A stretch of 64,000 nt of DNA. It comes from Podarcis bocagei (taxonomy: Eukaryota). The stretch lies in assembly GCA_964188305.1 (NCBI GenBank), contig OZ076899.1; one strand, given 5' to 3'. Shown one piece after another: positions 50,574 through 63,277 of the stretch. The position numbers were made by a program, and so were the translations under genes. Each line of letters opens with the position of its first letter. Within the stretch, counting starts at the first letter, position 1. The notes beneath the pieces were generated by a model. That model did not search any database. It was not told the DNA's origin and saw nothing but the letters and a program-made list of their open reading frames with translations.

Positions 50574-52079
50574 TCTGGAGGTAATAAATAAATAAATTTT
50601 AATTTTTTTTGTTTTTGTTTCTCTGAGTGTTGTGAATGTAGGAAGCTGCTTTGCACCAGCTCAGACCATTGGTCCACTTAGCTCGCTATTGTCAGTGCTG
50701 ACTGCCAGGAGTTCTCTAGGGTTGAACCTTGGACCTTCTGCATTCAAAGCACATGTCTCTACCACAGACCTACGGCCCTTTCCTGAACTGTGGGAGCCAA
50801 GCATAGGTTTAGCATCTACACAGTCTTCACTAACTGCCTGTGGCTCTTCAGGATTTCAGACAGGAGCCTTTTCCACCTCTTTGTGGAGGTGCTAAGATTG
50901 AATATGGGACCTTCTGAATGCTCTACCACTGTGCTACAGTTCTTGACTAGGAACACAGGAAACTGCCATATCCTAAGTCATTGAACCTTGTTAACAATGA
51001 CTGGCAGCAGATCTCCAGCATTTCAGACTGGAGGCATCCCCAGCTGTACCTGGAGATCTAGAACCATAGGATTATAGAGTTGCAAGGGACCCCATGGGTC
51101 ATCTAGATCAACCCCCCTGCAACATAGGAATCTCATCCAAACTCTGCTTAACCCTGGGGCCTCTTGCATGCAAGTTCTCATCCCCAGATGACTCAATCAA
51201 AGGTGACTTTATCAAGATAGGTGTTTCCCTTCCACCACAGGTCATCCCCTTTCCTTTTCATTTTCATGAGATTGGACTGATCTTTCCGTACCAGCAAAGC
51301 AAAGCAAAGGAGTGAAAGGTAGACAAGTGTGGAGGTGGAAAGTAGCCGGGTGGGGAAGCTGGGAGCTCAAGACTAATAAAGAAATTACTAGCGTACTACA
51401 TTATGAATTGGATGAATTTTTAATAGCCGGGAATGTGGTTGATTTATAATGCATCAGTCCTAGCCTCCAGAGCCCGTTGCTGCTTAATAAATAAATGACA
51501 GGCCCCTTGTATTAAAAGTATCCGTCATCTTACATCACTGCCATGCAATTTATGGTGGAGTATCAAGGGCTGGATGGAGCATCCCTGCAGAGCAGACAAG
51601 CACCACCTGAGCAGGGAGAAAAGAAAGAGGAATAGATTCCCCCCACTGCTGTCTGGGCTCCTTATGGCCAGACGCTGGTGCAATTTGGGCTGGCTGGCTG
51701 ATGCAGGAAATAATGCCTTTCCACTCTTCCCTGTTTGGGCCACTACATGGGTCTGTGATGATTTGGGCTCACGATGGTATTGGGAAGTTTATACATGATT
51801 CTGTCCGCAAAAGATTTGGGATACGGATAAGAACATGAAAGGAGGCTCTTGGATCAAGCCAGTGGCTCATCCAGTCCAGCATCCTTTGCTCACAGTGGCC
51901 AACCAGATGCCTGTGGGGAAACTCACAAGCAGGATCTCAGCACAAGAAAATTCGTCCTCCTGTGGTCTCTAGCAAGTGATAATGCTGTATTGTGTTTTCA
52001 ATATTCGGTTGGGAGCTGCCCAGAGTGGCTAGGGAAACCCAGCCAGATGGGCGGGGAATAATTAATAAATAATAAATTA

Positions 52080-52131
<52 letters not shown>

Positions 52132-52133
<2 letters not shown>

Positions 52134-52256
52134 AAAAATTCCTTCCAGTAGCACCTTAAAGACCAACTAAGTTAGTTCTTGGTATGAGCTTCCGTGTGCA
52201 TGCACACTTCTTCAGATACACTGAAACAGAAGTTGCCAGACCCTTCTATATAGTGA
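52132..52256 (-). mobile_element. Penelope-like element terminal (pLTR) fragment
   Basis: GTAGCACCTTAAAGACCAAC...ATGAGCTT(C)CGTG...CACTTCTTCAGAT resembles reptile Penelope/Neptune termini. Embedded in (ATT)n. Confidence 0.7.
52182..52219 (-). ncRNA. Minimal type I hammerhead ribozyme motif (core-mutated, GAAA>GGAA)
   Basis: Minus strand reads GUAU-CUGAAGA-A-GUGUGC-AU-GCACAC-GGAA-GCUC-AUAC: stem I GUAU/AUAC, core CUGANGA, stem II, palindromic stem III stub and a CUC cleavage triplet. Confidence 0.7.
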
Positions 52257-52312
52257 TTATTATTAGTAATAATAATTAATAATTAATAATTAATTAATTA
52301 TTTGTTTATTTG

Positions 52313-52359
<47 letters not shown>

Positions 52360-52360
<1 letters not shown>

Positions 52361-52646
52361 GGTGTAGTGGTTAAGAGCGGTAGTCTCGTAATCTGGGGAA
52401 CCGGGTTCGCTTCCCTGCTCCTCCACATGCAGCTGCCTGGTGACCTTGGGCCAGTCACACTTCTTTGAAGTCTCTCAGCCCCACTCACCTCACAGAGTGT
52501 TTGTTGTGGGGGAGGAAGGGAAAGGAGAATGTTAGCTGCTTTGAGACTCCTTAAAGGGAGTGAAAGGCGGGATATCAAATCCAAACTCCTCCTCCTCCTC
52601 CTCTTCTTCTTCTTCTTCTTCTTCTTCTTCTTCTTCTTCTTCTTCT
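52360..52646 (+). mobile_element. CORE-SINE, Squam3 type
   Basis: Near-identical to the 17.3-kb and 20.7-kb copies, (CCT)n(CTT)n tail, directly preceded by (ATT)n. Confidence 0.88.
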
Positions 52647-55288
52647 ATAGAAGCATTACTACCTCTGCCCATGGAGGCATAGAGGCAGGGCATAGCCATC
52701 AGTAGCCCTATCCTCCATTAATTTGTCTAATACTCGGTTAAAGCCATCCAAGTTTATGGCCATCACTGTCTCCTGTGGGAGAGTTCTATAGTTTAAATAT
52801 GCACTATTTGAAAAAGTACTTTCTACTATTCTGAAACTTCCAATATTCAGTTTGTAGTGTCCATGAGTTCTAGTGGTACGAGAGGGGGGAGAAAACTCTT
52901 TTCTCTATCTGTTTTCTCCACATCATGAATGATTTTATAAGCTTCTATCATGTCACCTATTACTTCCCTTTTCTCTAAATTAGAAAGCCCCAGATATTGT
53001 TTCATTTACAATTTGATCTGGTCCTGCAGCTTCCTGCTGAAATCCTGTAACTTTTCATGCCACAAATATCCCATGGGGAAAGGGGTTGTCCCTCTTTTGT
53101 TGTGCCATAGTATGAAAGTGTCCTTCTAGACAATAATAATGTGGTAACCTTGGGAAAGTGTTGCAGAATGAATAATAAAAAGGAAAGGTATATGGATGGC
53201 CCAGTATAATTCTGCCCATAGTGCATTATTATTGTGTCAATGGCATGTTGCAGAACACACCAACCAAAAAACACCAAAACCTTGGAGGGGTCTAAGCATC
53301 TCAAAACACAGGACCTAGCAAGGAGAGCCAGTGTGTGTGTGTGTGTGCGTGTGCACGCGCATTAGTTGTAGCTCAACCAGCCATGCTGGCCATAATGTCT
53401 GTAGGTTCCCATATCAGAGGCAACATGCCTTATCCTCCATGATTTCTCTTACTCACGATAGTGGCTTTATGGAGTGAGATGATGGGATGGAATGCAACAG
53501 TGGCCATTGCCCTGCCTTCCTCTAGACTCCTGTCACATGGAGACAGCACATAGGCTGGGCACTTGCGCATTACCCAGAAAGAAGGAAAAAGCATCACCCT
53601 AAAAGAGAAGGAATGCATCACCCAAAAGGAGAACAACAATTTGCATAACATTTGCACATGCTTGTGTATATCTGTAGATGCAGACATAGAAATAGCTGCT
53701 GAAACGGAAATGCAAAACATCTCACTGTACTGAGATGTAGTGACCTGTGTGCTTCCTCAGTTGGCTGTCCAGGTGGGAATGGTTGACATACACTTTCAAG
53801 GCTCCTGATCTCCCTTCTCATGGTTCTTTATCTGTAAGACAGGCTTAGACTAGAGAGTCCTTCAAGTAGAGGACTGTATTTTTTAACACAGGCAATATGG
53901 CCACCCTAACAGCACATGACACTATGGACATGCATAATATGCACTCTTTAGCGGAGGAAATAATTTGCAACACATACTGTACCAGGATGTATCCAATGCT
54001 AGCCCTACTTGGAGTAGACCCCACTGAAGTTAACAAACATGACCAAACAGGGTCCATTAATTTCAACATTTCTACTCTGAGTAGAACTTAGCTGGATACA
54101 AGTCAACAGTGAGTTTCCATTCCTCCACCCATCCACCATTGTGAATGGAAGCCTTTCTGAATTGCTCTATGATAGATCGCACAGAAGAACTATAAAGAAA
54201 TCTACATTTTTTTCCTGCTGTCTCCCTTCTTTCTGTTGCTGTTTCCGTGGGTGGGTGAACTGTGGTGACTCCATGGGACTCGCAGTTCAGTGGACAGCCA
54301 AAATGGATGCTTGGAGGGGAGGGGAGGGCATTGCCTTATTTATTACATCTCTCAGTGGTAGCATAAATAATATGCTTAATAGATATGGGCCTTATGAATA
54401 ATACAAAAGCCTGTATCTAAGCAATTGCAAAGCTTTTCTTATACATTGGATCTCCAGTGTCAAAGACTATTAATGATCTTCTCTATCTCTTCCTCTGCTG
54501 AGGGCAATTACAGAATCCGGGGATGGAAGGACTTGATGCAGTGGGGGATACAGATACATCGTGGGAGCGGGGGCACTAATGTGCTATTCAATCACTGTTT
54601 GCTCTGGGAAATTTCAGTGAGGAAGGAGATATCACTTGCATTTTGCTAATTTTTGCCTCTGCCCTCCCTGGGTCTTCTAAAATGGTATGTGATTGCAAGC
54701 AGTTCATTTAGCCCATTTAATGTGCATGCCGAGTCGTGAGTGATGCATTAATTAGAGCTAACAATTCAGGATGTTTCCTTCCTTCCAAGCCTGTTAATTC
54801 TGTTGAAACAGGTGATACATATTTCTGAGTAGATTCATGTCATATGAATTGTGCATCTCAAGTAGAGACGCCCTGAATATTATCCACCTTTGATTTTTTT
54901 TTTGGGGGGGGGGGGCTGGATCGAGTCTGGATATTTTGGTATGGTAGATTTCCTTTTGTCTCTTAAAGAACACTTTGATTTGTTTTATATTCTCTTCTGG
55001 AATTATTTGATGCCACTGAGTTCCCTAACTGCAGCTTCTTCAATGCCATTTCAGCATGTTCTGGTTGCCTTTACTTTCTCTTTCCAGGATTTGTCATGCA
55101 TGAGATCCTACCCTATCAGGGATCAAGTCGTGATACACTGTAGCCAATCAGTTTTAGCTGTGTGATAATCTCAGAGAAGGGAGCATAAATGAGTTAGTGA
55201 AACACATATTAAATGGTTCCAAATTATTGGCAAAGGAGGATGTATTTTGAGCCAAAGCTATGAATGCAACACTGCGAATAGTTTAGAG

Positions 55289-55576
55289 CAGGGGTCAGCA
55301 AGGTTTATCTTGCCTGGGCTGGATCGGTCCCGTGGAGATCCCTCTGTGGGCCAGATCGTGCACACGCCCATGATTTTGGGCATCTGTGCAGATGCAATTT
55401 TCGGCGCATGCACAGACGCAGATGCTATGGTGCCGCGGAAGCAAGTCCCTGTGCTGTGCTGTGCCAGTTTAGTGCAGCACGCGAGTGGGCAACTCGGTTC
55501 GGGGATGTCTCATGGGCTAGTCAAACGACCTCCGTGGGACACTTCCTGCCCATGGGCCTTAGGTTGCTGACCCTTG
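55289..55576. mobile_element. hAT (Charlie-like) non-autonomous element
   Basis: TIR CAGGGGTCAGCAA / TTGCTGACCCTTG, perfect 8-bp TSD GTTTAGAG. Confidence 0.88.
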
Positions 55577-57373
55577 GTTTAGAGTCTTCTCTTGTTCTGT
55601 AGAGAAAGAACCAGGTTTATAGACTGGGTGAAAGTGTATTTGTGGCCCTGTTGGATTCACAACTCCCATCAGCCTAAGTCAGTAGCCAGTATCTGGAGCT
55701 CCCCAGGTTCCCTACCCAAGCTGTACACATTTCCCTGAAAATAATTTCCCTTGAACTCTCTGGGACCCACTTCTGAGTAAGACATGTATAGGATTGTACT
55801 GTGAGGTTGAGTCCTAGACACAATTCCTTACAAGTCCCATCAAACTTGAGGTGGCACACATAGCTCTACTCCTTTCCATTTTATCCTCGCAACAATTTTG
55901 TGGGATAGGCTAAGCTGAGAGACAGTGACTGGTCACCAGAAAGCTTTGTGGCTGAGTGGAAGTTTGAACCCTGGTCTCCCAAGTGTTATTCCAGTACTCT
56001 AACCACTACACCACACTGGCTCCCTGAGATGCCCCTCTCCTGTAAAATACATTCTGACTGCTTCCATTCCAGCTGCAATGCACCAAAGTATCTTGGAATT
56101 AATGGAACTGTCTTGGAACTTTTTGTTGGTATGAGGTCCTCCTCTTCTTTTTTCACCATTTTTTAAAAAATTCCCAGACTCTGCAACTCGAACCATGACT
56201 TGAGTTGTAAATCTCCTGTGTTATTCTTTAAAAAAAAATCCCCCCTGCTCTCTGCCATGTTCCTGCCTTGTGGACTTTTTGCTTCTTCCTCCTCGGACTC
56301 CTTCGGGATGGGAATTGGGGAGGAGACGATTCCCGCCCACTCAGAAGAGCTCTAAATCCTGCCTGGGAGGCTGGTGCCAAGAAAATGACACATCAAGGCA
56401 GAGGAGGCTGCTTGGATACAGATATTCCTGGACCACAGCATTTTAAAGTCCTTGTTAAGTTACTATTGATCTACAGCAACTTAGTCAGGATGGGGTGTGT
56501 AAGAGAGAGACTTAAATGTGGTCTCTTGGGAGCGGCTGTCAGGACCTTTTTCAGTGTTTAAGGCTGCATTCTCATGCAGGAAAGTTGTCAGTGGCCACAT
56601 ACTGGTGGCAGTGGGTTGGGCTAAAGCAAAAGTGGGTGGAGCCAAAGCAAATGGTGGGTGGAACATTCCTTCTCTTTCTCTTTCTCTCTTTTTCTCTGAG
56701 GGCAGAGTACACTAAAGGATGAGTACAACTGCCTGCCCACCTGTATCCTATACATAGGGATGGGGGTGAAATTTGATTCTATTTACCTTTAAAGGCAAAT
56801 CACCCTAATTCACATTTTGTGAAAGAGCATGTAAACCAAAATACGGTCATCCTTCTAAATTTTCACTTTTCCAAATTATGTAAGGCAGCTGTCCAACAAA
56901 ATAATGTGCACAAAAAATGTAGACATTGGTTAAAACGTGCCTACAAATGCATATATGGGTGAAAATAACATACAGAAATGGCATTCTATTGGGGAAAATG
57001 CCTTGTTTATGGAGCATTCATCCTGATTTTTTTTGCAGAGATATTAGATGATGCCAGGTATTTAATGAGCATTCATTCTGAAATATATGCAGGGAGTTTA
57101 GATGCTGCTGCACCAAGCAAGATGTATCCCACACTTTCCAGTGCATGTCCAGTGCATGTCCCCATCATTTACTGCAAAAGTCCAATGTTTGGGGGAAAAT
57201 AGATTTTGTTGTGTGAAAAGGCCCCAGTGCCGTACACTAAGATAGATCACTGGTACATCCTGCTCAGCCTTGAGCATTCTGGGAAGGCACAGGGTCAGCA
57301 CTTCTGAGCTGAGCAGTTTCCTACTTTAGACCTCTGTTGAATCTCAGCATCCAGAACATTTGTTTCCTTTGCT

Positions 57374-57452
57374 TTCTTCTTCTTCTTCTTCTTCTTCTTC
57401 TTCTTCTTCTTCTTCTTCTTCTTCTTCTTCTTCTTCTTCTTCTTCTTCTTCT
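57374..57452. repeat. (CTT)n microsatellite
   Basis: Direct observation. No SINE body adjacent. Confidence 0.95.
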
Positions 57453-57834
57453 CTCTGTGTGTAATTGCTGCATTAAAAGAAATAATTCTCTTTCCTTCTC
57501 CGCAAAGTGCAAACACACTGTATGTTCACAATGGGGCCATAATGGCCTAATTCAATTATTGAGGGTCACGTTCCATGTACTGCTGTCTGATTTTCTTGTC
57601 AATCAATACAAACTTCATTTTAAAAAGCAAGCAAGTGTTGAGGGATATAGGGGGGTGGAGATGTTGTGGAAGGTTGAAGCCCAGCAGTTATGTAAGGTCT
57701 GCAGGACTTGTCTTTTGCTATTTGTAGCAAGTTCCCACACACACCCACTGAAGTTATGTGGAACACCTGGAAACAAGACAGTCTTGCTGCAAATGGTAAA
57801 CTGAAGACAAGTAAGAATCATAGATCCCACTGTA

Positions 57835-58060
57835 CAGTGGTACCTTGGGTTACATACGCTTCAGGTTACAGACTCCGCTAACCCAGAAATAGTACCTCAG
57901 GTTAAGAACTTTGCTTCAGGATGAGAACAGAAATCGTGATCCGGCAGCGCGGCAGCAGCAGGAGGCCCCATTAGCTAAAGTGGTGCTTCAGGTTAAGAAC
58001 AGTTTCAGGTTAAGAATGGACCTCCAGAATGAATTAAGTACTTAACCCAAGGTACCACTG
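57835..58060. mobile_element. Tc1/mariner MITE, family A (probable donor locus of the DNA captured at 7314-7471)
   Basis: TIR CAGTGGTACCTTGGGTTA...TAACCCAAGGTACCACTG, TA TSD. Confidence 0.9.
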
Positions 58061-59769
58061 TATTATTTTAATCAGAAGTAGGTCTTCTCTTGAAAATAAA
58101 TTGGGTTTATGATACTGGATGATCAAAAAGTCCTCCTGTAGTGTTGAGGCGACTGCAGATTGCTACAGAAGGGTTGCATGGGCCAGGGCATCAGGCAGCA
58201 AGGAGAGGCAGGACGAAGAGGCAGCCATCAGATAAGATAACCCAACAAAAAGTATACCTAGCCTACAGCTGCATCTAACTAGGAGAAGGTACCATCCCTG
58301 AAGCAACAACTCACATATAACAGCTGTTGCGTGGAGGCACTGATCCTGTGCGGTGCAGGGTGTTGTTTTGCAAATGGATTTCCCAAGAGGAAAGCCACTT
58401 ATGAATCAGCACCCTGCGATACTGAAACATTCATGCAACAGCTGTTTAATCCTGTAGAGCCCAGCGGCTTCCCAGCAGAGGAGCCACTTGCAAAGGAGCA
58501 CCCCACAGAATTCATCCCTCTGCTCTCAAATGGGAAGCAGGGAAGGCGACACAGCATCGCCTTCCCATGCTCCCTTGTGGCCACATGTTTCATTAGGTTT
58601 TGCTTTTTAAAAATAAATAAATAACTAATTAAACTTTAGCTCCACTAATTCAGGACTGGTTCCAGGGGAGGTGGGTCCTCAGGCTGGCTCAGTGTGGATT
58701 GGCCTAATTGCCTCCCTCCTGGATCAGGGCCAAGGGGCAGATTGGGTGGAGGCTATGTGCTGCCCTGCAGGGAAGGTGTAAAGCTGCCTTATCTTGAGTC
58801 TGACCATGGATCTATCTGGCTCCAAACTGTCTCCTCTGACTGGTGCTCCGAACTTCCAGACAAAATCGCTTTCCCAACTTCAATTCCTGACATATTTTAT
58901 TTTGGCTGAACATGCCAGACTTGAACTTGGAGCCTTCTCTGTGTGGAACATGTGCTCTGTACCACAAAGCACCATGACCTCCTCAGATGGAACACAGACC
59001 GCTTGAGGAGGTCCTTTATACCAACCTTTATCAACCTTGTTCTCCATCAGATGTTTTGGACCACGACTTCCATCAGCCCCAGTCAGCACAGCTGGCGGTC
59101 CGAAACATCTGATGGAGAACAAGGTTGGCAATTTCCTGCCCCATGGTAGAACAGCTCATTTTCCATTCCCGTTCCCTGCCTGAATACAGGCCCTGAATCA
59201 AGAGGAAGGTTCAGGCATCTTGAAATTGTTTCAGAACAAGGTTAGCCCCCACCCCACATCCTCATATGGAAACCAGCTAAGTGCAAAGATCAATGTATTC
59301 ACCGCTGAACATTTCCTGGAGAAACATTGCATCCTCCCTCATTTACTTGATTATCTTGAGGGTGAATCAATCAAAGGAATGGCAATGCATGTTGCACAGG
59401 CTACAACCCTGTGGGTGTCCATTAGAGGGCTATCTGCCCAGTGATAATGGAACTGCTGATTAACAAGCATGCAGCGCTGTGGCTTGGGCATTTATTTGTT
59501 TCAAGGAGAAGAACTGCTGCTCGATGACAGTCCAGCATTTAGCAGCTGGTTTGTTAGCATCCTGCTGTCCTGAATGCTTCACATAACTCACTCAGATGGT
59601 GCCGACATTGTTGGTCCATCCATCCATCTCCTGACTTTCTTGCAAAAGGCAACGGTCTGGGAATTTGGTTGAGAACGTGATCTAATTTGGGAGACAGAGA
59701 GAGAAAGTTTCCTTGCATTTGTTACTGAGGCCTGGAACTGCTACAGCCACTGTGATGCTCTCCAGAAGT

Positions 59770-60093
59770 AGTGGGTGCACTGTTAAATTGTGGAACCTGC
59801 TCACACAGGAGGTATTGATGGCCACCAACTTGGATGGCTGTAAAGGAGAACTAGACAAATTCACGGAGGAGAAAGTTGCAGCCGTGATGGTGATGCTCTG
59901 CCTCCACAGTCCGAAGCAATAGTGCTTCTTCTAAATATACCAGTTGCTGGAATCCTCAGGAGGGGAGAATGCTCTTGTGTTCGGGCCTCACTTGCTGGTT
60001 TCCCACAGGCATCTGGTTGGCCACTGTGACAACAGGATGTTGGACCAGATGGGCCATTGGCCTGATTTAATAGGCTCTTCTTGTGCTTTTATG
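59770..60093 (+). mobile_element. CR1 LINE 3' end
   Basis: Encodes TVKLWNLLTQEVLMATNLDGCKGELDKFTEEK (CR1 ORF2 C-terminus) followed by the CR1 3' UTR. Confidence 0.85.
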
Positions 60094-61439
60094 AACAACA
60101 GTTCCCATCAGCCTCTTCGAGAATGGCCAGTAGCTAGGGATGGTGGGAGATGTAGAACAAAGCATCTCAAGAGCTCCCCATTGGCTGTTCCTGAAATAGT
60201 GGGTCTGTTGACCAGGGAAGGACAGAAATTTATCTTCAGGTATATTTATATGAGACCTATCCAGAGACTGCATTGTTTGCCAATCATATTATTAATTGAT
60301 TGAATGAATGAATGAATTAGCTGCCCTTCACTAGCAGGTCCCAAGGTAGGTTACAGCAATTTATAATTTAAAAATTCAGAATAAATCAGACTACAACCAC
60401 ACGTCTCAGGTGTCAAAGGCCAGGGTAAAAGGCGCACCTTCAGCATTTGCCAAAAGCTGTACACTCCATGTTATTTCCACAAATATATGCATTTCATGCA
60501 CACTTTGCCCTAGTATATGCATTTTTGTACACATTATTAGCATTGCAGAATTCAGATAAGTGCACATTTTGAAGGACGTCTATGTTTTGGTCCACATACT
60601 GTTTTGGAAAATGCAAATCAGGGAAGTTTGCCTTGAAATGTGAACTAAATCAACCCCCCCCCCCAACTCCCCATTCCCAAACTAATCTTCATGGATCAAC
60701 TGGAAGGGGACTATGAGAGTGTGGAGTTTGTGAGAGTGTGGAGTACCCACACCCACCACTGACATGTGGACCCCAGGGGGCTTGATGAAAAGTGATTGTT
60801 AATGCCCTCCCCTTGTAAAAATTCCCATAATGTCTGAACATAGCTGTTCTTTGGCTGTCTTCCTCTGTATTATTTGATATCCATTCCATCCTGGCTTTTG
60901 CAAACGTCTTGGCTAGACATGAAATTCTCTTGTATTCTCCCTGGACATTTATGCTGGGTGGCCCATATGTGTGGGTAAAGGAGTTCTCCCCTTCCGTGAC
61001 CTCCTGCACACCCCTGGCTTGGGTCTAGTGAAAAGCGTGATGGATTGGCCTGACATCCTTGGCAAAGTTTCTTGGCCCTGTGATGGGAGGTCTCGGCACA
61101 CTGTGGGAAGATATACTCCTTTTGCTCCCGCAGAAGAACATGTCAGGGTCGCAATGACTGACAGGAAGCTGCCAACTTAGCACTGCTGCAGTTCAGCTTA
61201 TTTTGGGTCTTGATTAAGCCTCCCTCCTAGAAATGATTCTTCATCTCCCCACCTCCCCTCTTGCTCTAGTAAATGCTCCCCCTCCCTCACTTTTGTTCTG
61301 GGTCTTTACACAGGGCAGTGGTTGGGGGAGTGATGGAAATATTTAGGATCTATGTCCTTTCCAATCTATCAGACCGCAGCATTTAGCACTTTGGAATCAT
61401 TCCATTCCGTTAAAGTATGCCAGAAAAAACAGACGTGTG

Positions 61440-63277
61440 GAGGGACTTCCGGGTTGGCGCGATCGGGAAATGGCGGATTCCCTCCGAGCTCCGGAGGGAA
61501 TCGGCTCAGCGGTGGATGGGTCTTTGCCGTGCCGGCGACACGGGGACCCTTAAAAACCGCAGGTGCGGAAGCCTGCGGACTGAAGACTCGGCGGGTGCCT
61601 TAAGCGCCCCCCCTGATTCGCAATGAGCCTTTTTAAAGGCTACGGAGGGGATACAGGGGACGGCGTGGCACTGAGAGTCGACCGCTACCGCTGCTGAGCG
61701 AAGCCGCGAGCCATAACCGGAGAGCGCTGACTTCCTTCCTTGAAATTCGGACTGAAAAAAGAACCCGTGAGTAATTTGGAACTGAACTTTAAAACTTTTA
61801 CCTTTTGAATTTGAGACGACCGGGGGGTGTGCTAAAAGGAAGTCCCCACACCCCCCCTTGCAGACGATCCAGAGCAAAGAAATAAGAACTAAGCTGGAGT
61901 GCCTACCCTGTAAAGGGTGAGTCTTAAAAAGTCAGTAACTTCCAAGATTTAGAAAGGTAAATTTGAGCAGGAGAGTGGAGTGTTGGAAGAGTCTTTGTTT
62001 TGTGGTAAACAACCCTCCCTCCCGGGCCCGGGAGCGACCTGATTTGGAGTCTGTATAGAGGAGCAGAATTTGACAGCTGTCAAAAGCTGTCAAATGGACT
62101 ATTAATAGTGAAAAAAAATTGCTGTTTAAGACCTCTCCGGATTAAAAGGAGTTACAATTGAACTAAAATTTTGAGAAACAAAGAAACAATAATAGGACAG
62201 AGGATTGTTGGAGAAAAGGTTACTCAGTAACCAGATTCCCTCTAGGGGGAATTCTGTGGAATTACAATGGCTGTGGGTGGAAAGATACTGAGAGAAATCG
62301 AAAGAATGTTCTCACTGGTGGGAACCCTACAGGAGCAGACTACAGCTATGAGTAAACAATTGACGACCTTGGATTTGGAAACAAGTAGTTCTGCTGAAAG
62401 TAATGAGGGCCTGAGTGAGAAAGAACCCACAGCTGAATTTGAAACAATAAACAAAGAAGAGGAGAAGACAAAACAAGAAAGAGAACAAGTTATCTGGGAA
62501 AGTACTAACCAGAAGCCGGCATCTGGAGAACACAAGCAAGGAGACTATTGGATTAAATCCACTTTAAGCCTACGAAAGATACAGAAGATGAAAGTGGAGG
62601 CCCTGGGACTTTATGGAATTCAGGAGCTCGAAATAAAGAAGTACAATTGGGGCCTCCACATAGACTTTGATTTTGACTATCAGCAAGACTTAGGCCTTGT
62701 GGAAATTCCTCAGCAGTTGCCTTTAAATATGGGAAGAGACTATGGACTGATTGGATTGATTGTTAAGGAAATCTTTCGAGACTCGATGATAGACAAAAAG
62801 GACTACCAACAAAACCGGCGGAGAGGGACTAAAAGAGAATTGAGAGCCTCGGATATCCGGAATCCAGGCTAAAAACTGTTAATTTGGACATGTCTTGGGA
62901 AAGGACGCAAAGCGGGGAGGGGAGGGAGGGAAGTATCAAATTTAAACAACACTCAAGACCAGGGGGTTTAGTATTAAGAAAATTATGTAAGAAAAAAATG
63001 AGAAATCGAGGGAAGAGAATTGGGGTCCAACTTAGGGAAAATTTATTTTTGTTTATTATAAAAGGACTAACATTAAGATGGAAGAAATGCCAACTTGCTG
63101 ACATAAGTTTGGGAATAGGGATGCAGGGGAGGGTGTGGGGGGAAGTCAAGGACTAGGGTTAGAAAATAAGATTTTCGGGAACTATCCATGTTTGTTGTTT
63201 TTTATGTTTGTTTTGGTGTGTTGTTTGTGTTTATATAAAATGTGAAAACCCAATAAAAATATTTAAAAAAAAAAAAA
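61440..63277 (+). mobile_element. Young non-autonomous poly(A) retroelement, L1-derived / HAL1-like
   Basis: Perfect 18-bp TSD AGAAAAAACAGACGTGTG (61422-61439 / 63278-63295), AATAAA at 63252-63257 plus A-tail, CpG-rich 5' end with AAATGGCGG (YY1-like), no RT or endonuclease coding. Confidence 0.88.
62267..62872 (+). CDS. 201-aa ORF inside the retroelement; possibly a diverged L1 ORF1p-like protein
   Basis: Uninterrupted ORF with strong Kozak context (ACAATGG), N-terminal heptad-like segment and a basic C-terminus. Similarity to ORF1p is by eye only. Confidence 0.45.
   Translation: MAVGGKILREIERMFSLVGTLQEQTTAMSKQLTTLDLETSSSAESNEGLSEKEPTAEFETINKEEEKTKQEREQVIWESTNQKPASGEHKQGDYWIKSTLSLRKIQKMKVEALGLYGIQELEIKKYNWGLHIDFDFDYQQDLGLVEIPQQLPLNMGRDYGLIGLIVKEIFRDSMIDKKDYQQNRRRGTKRELRASDIRNPG

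Larger units (their letters stand above)
51827..53000 (-). mobile_element. CR1 3' fragment interrupted by an L2 tail, (ATT)n, a Penelope fragment and a Squam3-type SINE
   Basis: ATAAGAACAT tail and CR1 3' UTR at 51827-51965. CR1 resumes at ~52647 (AAGCATT...AAAGCCATCCAAGTT...AAGTACTTT). Confidence 0.7.
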
